Part shown: piece by piece, positions 44,081 through 45,305 of the stretch
Layout of the letters: each line of letters opens with the position of its first letter
Numbering within the stretch: the first letter of the stretch is position 1
Source: Escherichia virus TH11
Strand: one strand, 5' to 3'
DNA: 45,305 nt
Sequence record: MT446389.1
Translations under genes and position numbers: made by a program
The notes under the pieces: generated by a model
The model's database searches: none
What the model was told of the DNA's origin: nothing
What the model saw: the letters and a program-made list of their open reading frames with translations, nothing else

Positions 44081-44155
44081 ATTTTGCGCGCATTGGTTGC
44101 CGATATGGGAATTCCCATATCGCTAGAAGATTAAATTTTGCGCGCATTGGTTGCC
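44073..44155. repeat. direct repeat - palindrome - direct repeat element
   Basis: 29-bp direct repeat at 44073-44101 and 44127-44155 flanking perfect 20-bp palindrome gatatgggaattcccatatc at 44102-44121. Confidence 0.7.
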
Positions 44156-44213
44156 ATTTTGAGTGTTTTTATCTGGTCGTATTGGTTGCCGTGTAGTGTA
44201 AATATAGTGAATA

Positions 44214-44402
44214 GTTATGCAGTTTTATTGCATAAAGTAAGCGGGACAAAAAGCGGGACAAACAAGGGGCGGGACAAAGCGGGACAGCACCCCTGTCCCA
44301 CCCCGGATGACGCGGCCTGGAGAGGAGCGGGACAGGCGGGACAACCCCCAGTCTTTCAGACTAGACGGGGGGTCAATGGCCCCCCTCGTCTGAGACTGAA
44401 TA
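44214..44402. repeat. GCGGGACAAA repeat array copy 3 with terminal stem-loop
   Basis: Paralogue of 15565-15735 with a few substitutions; preceded by AT-rich stretch; hairpin at 44350-44398. Confidence 0.7.
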
Positions 44403-44543
44403 AAATCCGGGGATTGCAAAATACACGGCAGCATGATGCGAAGTGCGGTCGAGGATGAACTAGGCAACCAATGCGAGATGCATTATGCTGAGTGAAAAAT
44501 GCAGTTTGCAGTCACAGCAGATAGCGATCAACTTTTTCATGCG

Positions 44544-44594
44544 CATGTTTGATATTGGTTGCATTCAACCCGGCACCTGGCTATATTGGTTGCG
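44544..44594. promoter_or_regulatory. ATTGGTTGC motif pair upstream of gene at 44616
   Basis: ATTGGTTGCA at 44544-44553 and ATTGGTTGC at 44584-44592; reverse-orientation copy near 44466. Confidence 0.4.
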
Positions 44595-44615
44595 CACCAA
44601 CATGAGGACTGAACA

Positions 44616-44906
44616 ATGAGAGCGTTAATCTGGAATTACACAATGGCAGTGGCAAAACCGGTCGAAGCGAGATATACCAACGGCAGAGCACCGTGGGAGC
44701 GCCTGGTAGCTCCGACCTGGTTTGCGGTCATGGATGCGACCGCGGGCATGGAAGACCCCGAGCCGTTGCGCGCGGCTATCAGGGCTTACGCGCTTGCATT
44801 TGCCCGTGAACGCCTGGCCTATCGCTTCGGTATTGGCGATAAGGCAGTGACAAACGTCGCCCGGATTAAAGCCCAGCGCGAACTATTCTCCAAGCTTGCG
44901 AAATAA
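44616..44906 (+). CDS. hypothetical protein
   Basis: 96-aa ORF with RBS GAGGA. Confidence 0.45.
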   Translation: MRALIWNYTMAVAKPVEARYTNGRAPWERLVAPTWFAVMDATAGMEDPEPLRAAIRAYALAFARERLAYRFGIGDKAVTNVARIKAQRELFSKLAK

Positions 44907-44915
44907 GGGGCCAAA

Positions 44916-45185
44916 ATGAGCCGTAGGCGCGCTAAACAGCTTTCCTGGCATATCCCCCTGCATTGCATACGAATATGGGCTGAGAATGCGGTTGAGGGCG
45001 AATCTGTATTCTGGTGCTATCGCGATGATGTGAAGCCGTTGACGCAGACTCGCTACTTGCACCAGTTCGCAGCACAACACGATTTCAGGGTGCGTACTTC
45101 CTTGCAACCAATTGGAATACGTATTACATTACGCCGGAAGCCCGCCGTTGAGCGGGTAGGCAAACACTGGAGACTGAGCAAATGA
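44916..45185 (+). CDS. hypothetical protein
   Basis: 89-aa ORF; stop overlaps next ATG. Confidence 0.4.
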   Translation: MSRRRAKQLSWHIPLHCIRIWAENAVEGESVFWCYRDDVKPLTQTRYLHQFAAQHDFRVRTSLQPIGIRITLRRKPAVERVGKHWRLSK

Positions 45186-45305
45186 CACCAGCACTAATGG
45201 CGGGATTCTCGCAGAAGTTTATTTCTGTTGATGCCTGCATAGCAGATTATGAGATGGACGGCATCGCTACTGTATGCGATGGCGACACGAAAACTGCCGA
45301 TGAGA
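45182..45305 (+). CDS. hypothetical protein, 5' fragment truncated by window end
   Basis: ATG at 45182 overlapping upstream stop; open to end of window. Confidence 0.3.
   Translation, partial: MTPALMAGFSQKFISVDACIADYEMDGIATVCDGDTKTADE

Noticed and set aside
44102-44121. GAATTC inside the 20-bp palindrome as a meaningful restriction site
   Set aside because: It is simply the centre of the palindrome; nothing in the window indicates a cognate restriction system.
1-45305. tRNA genes, integrase or attP
   Set aside because: No cloverleaf-like structured segment stood out in the intergenic regions and no ORF shows tyrosine or serine recombinase motifs; this was a visual scan only and a dedicated tRNA search was not run.

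Overview
The window looks like a near-complete genome (about 45 kb) of a tailed siphovirus with a lambda-like tail; an enterobacterial host is my guess only, not established. Rightward structural block (about 4.0-28.3 kb): terminase small and large subunits, portal, head morphogenesis protein, scaffold, major capsid, neck proteins, major tail protein, tail chaperone G/GT with a -1 frameshift, tape measure, M/L/K/I/J-like tip proteins and a tail fiber with a C-terminal S74-type chaperone domain. Leftward early block (about 41.1-28.3 kb, minus strand): family A DNA polymerase, SSB-like protein, Cas4-like exonuclease, VRR-NUC nuclease, SNF2 helicase, Dam-type and C5-type methyltransferase-like proteins, HAD phosphatase and many small unknowns. 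A rightward block from about 41.5 kb carries an HTH protein and a primase-helicase; the lysis genes sit at 0.8-2.1 kb. The most unusual features are non-coding: three paralogous GCGGGACAAA repeat arrays each capped by a GC-rich stem-loop, two of them inside a perfect 515-bp tandem duplication, and a heavily over-represented intergenic motif TGCAACCAAT/ATTGGTTGCA. Other candidates worth a second look are two minus-strand islands inside the structural block and a charged tandem-repeat protein at the head of the early operon. All calls rest on reading the sequence and ORF track; no database search was run. Coordinates of features I derived myself may be off by 1-2 nt.
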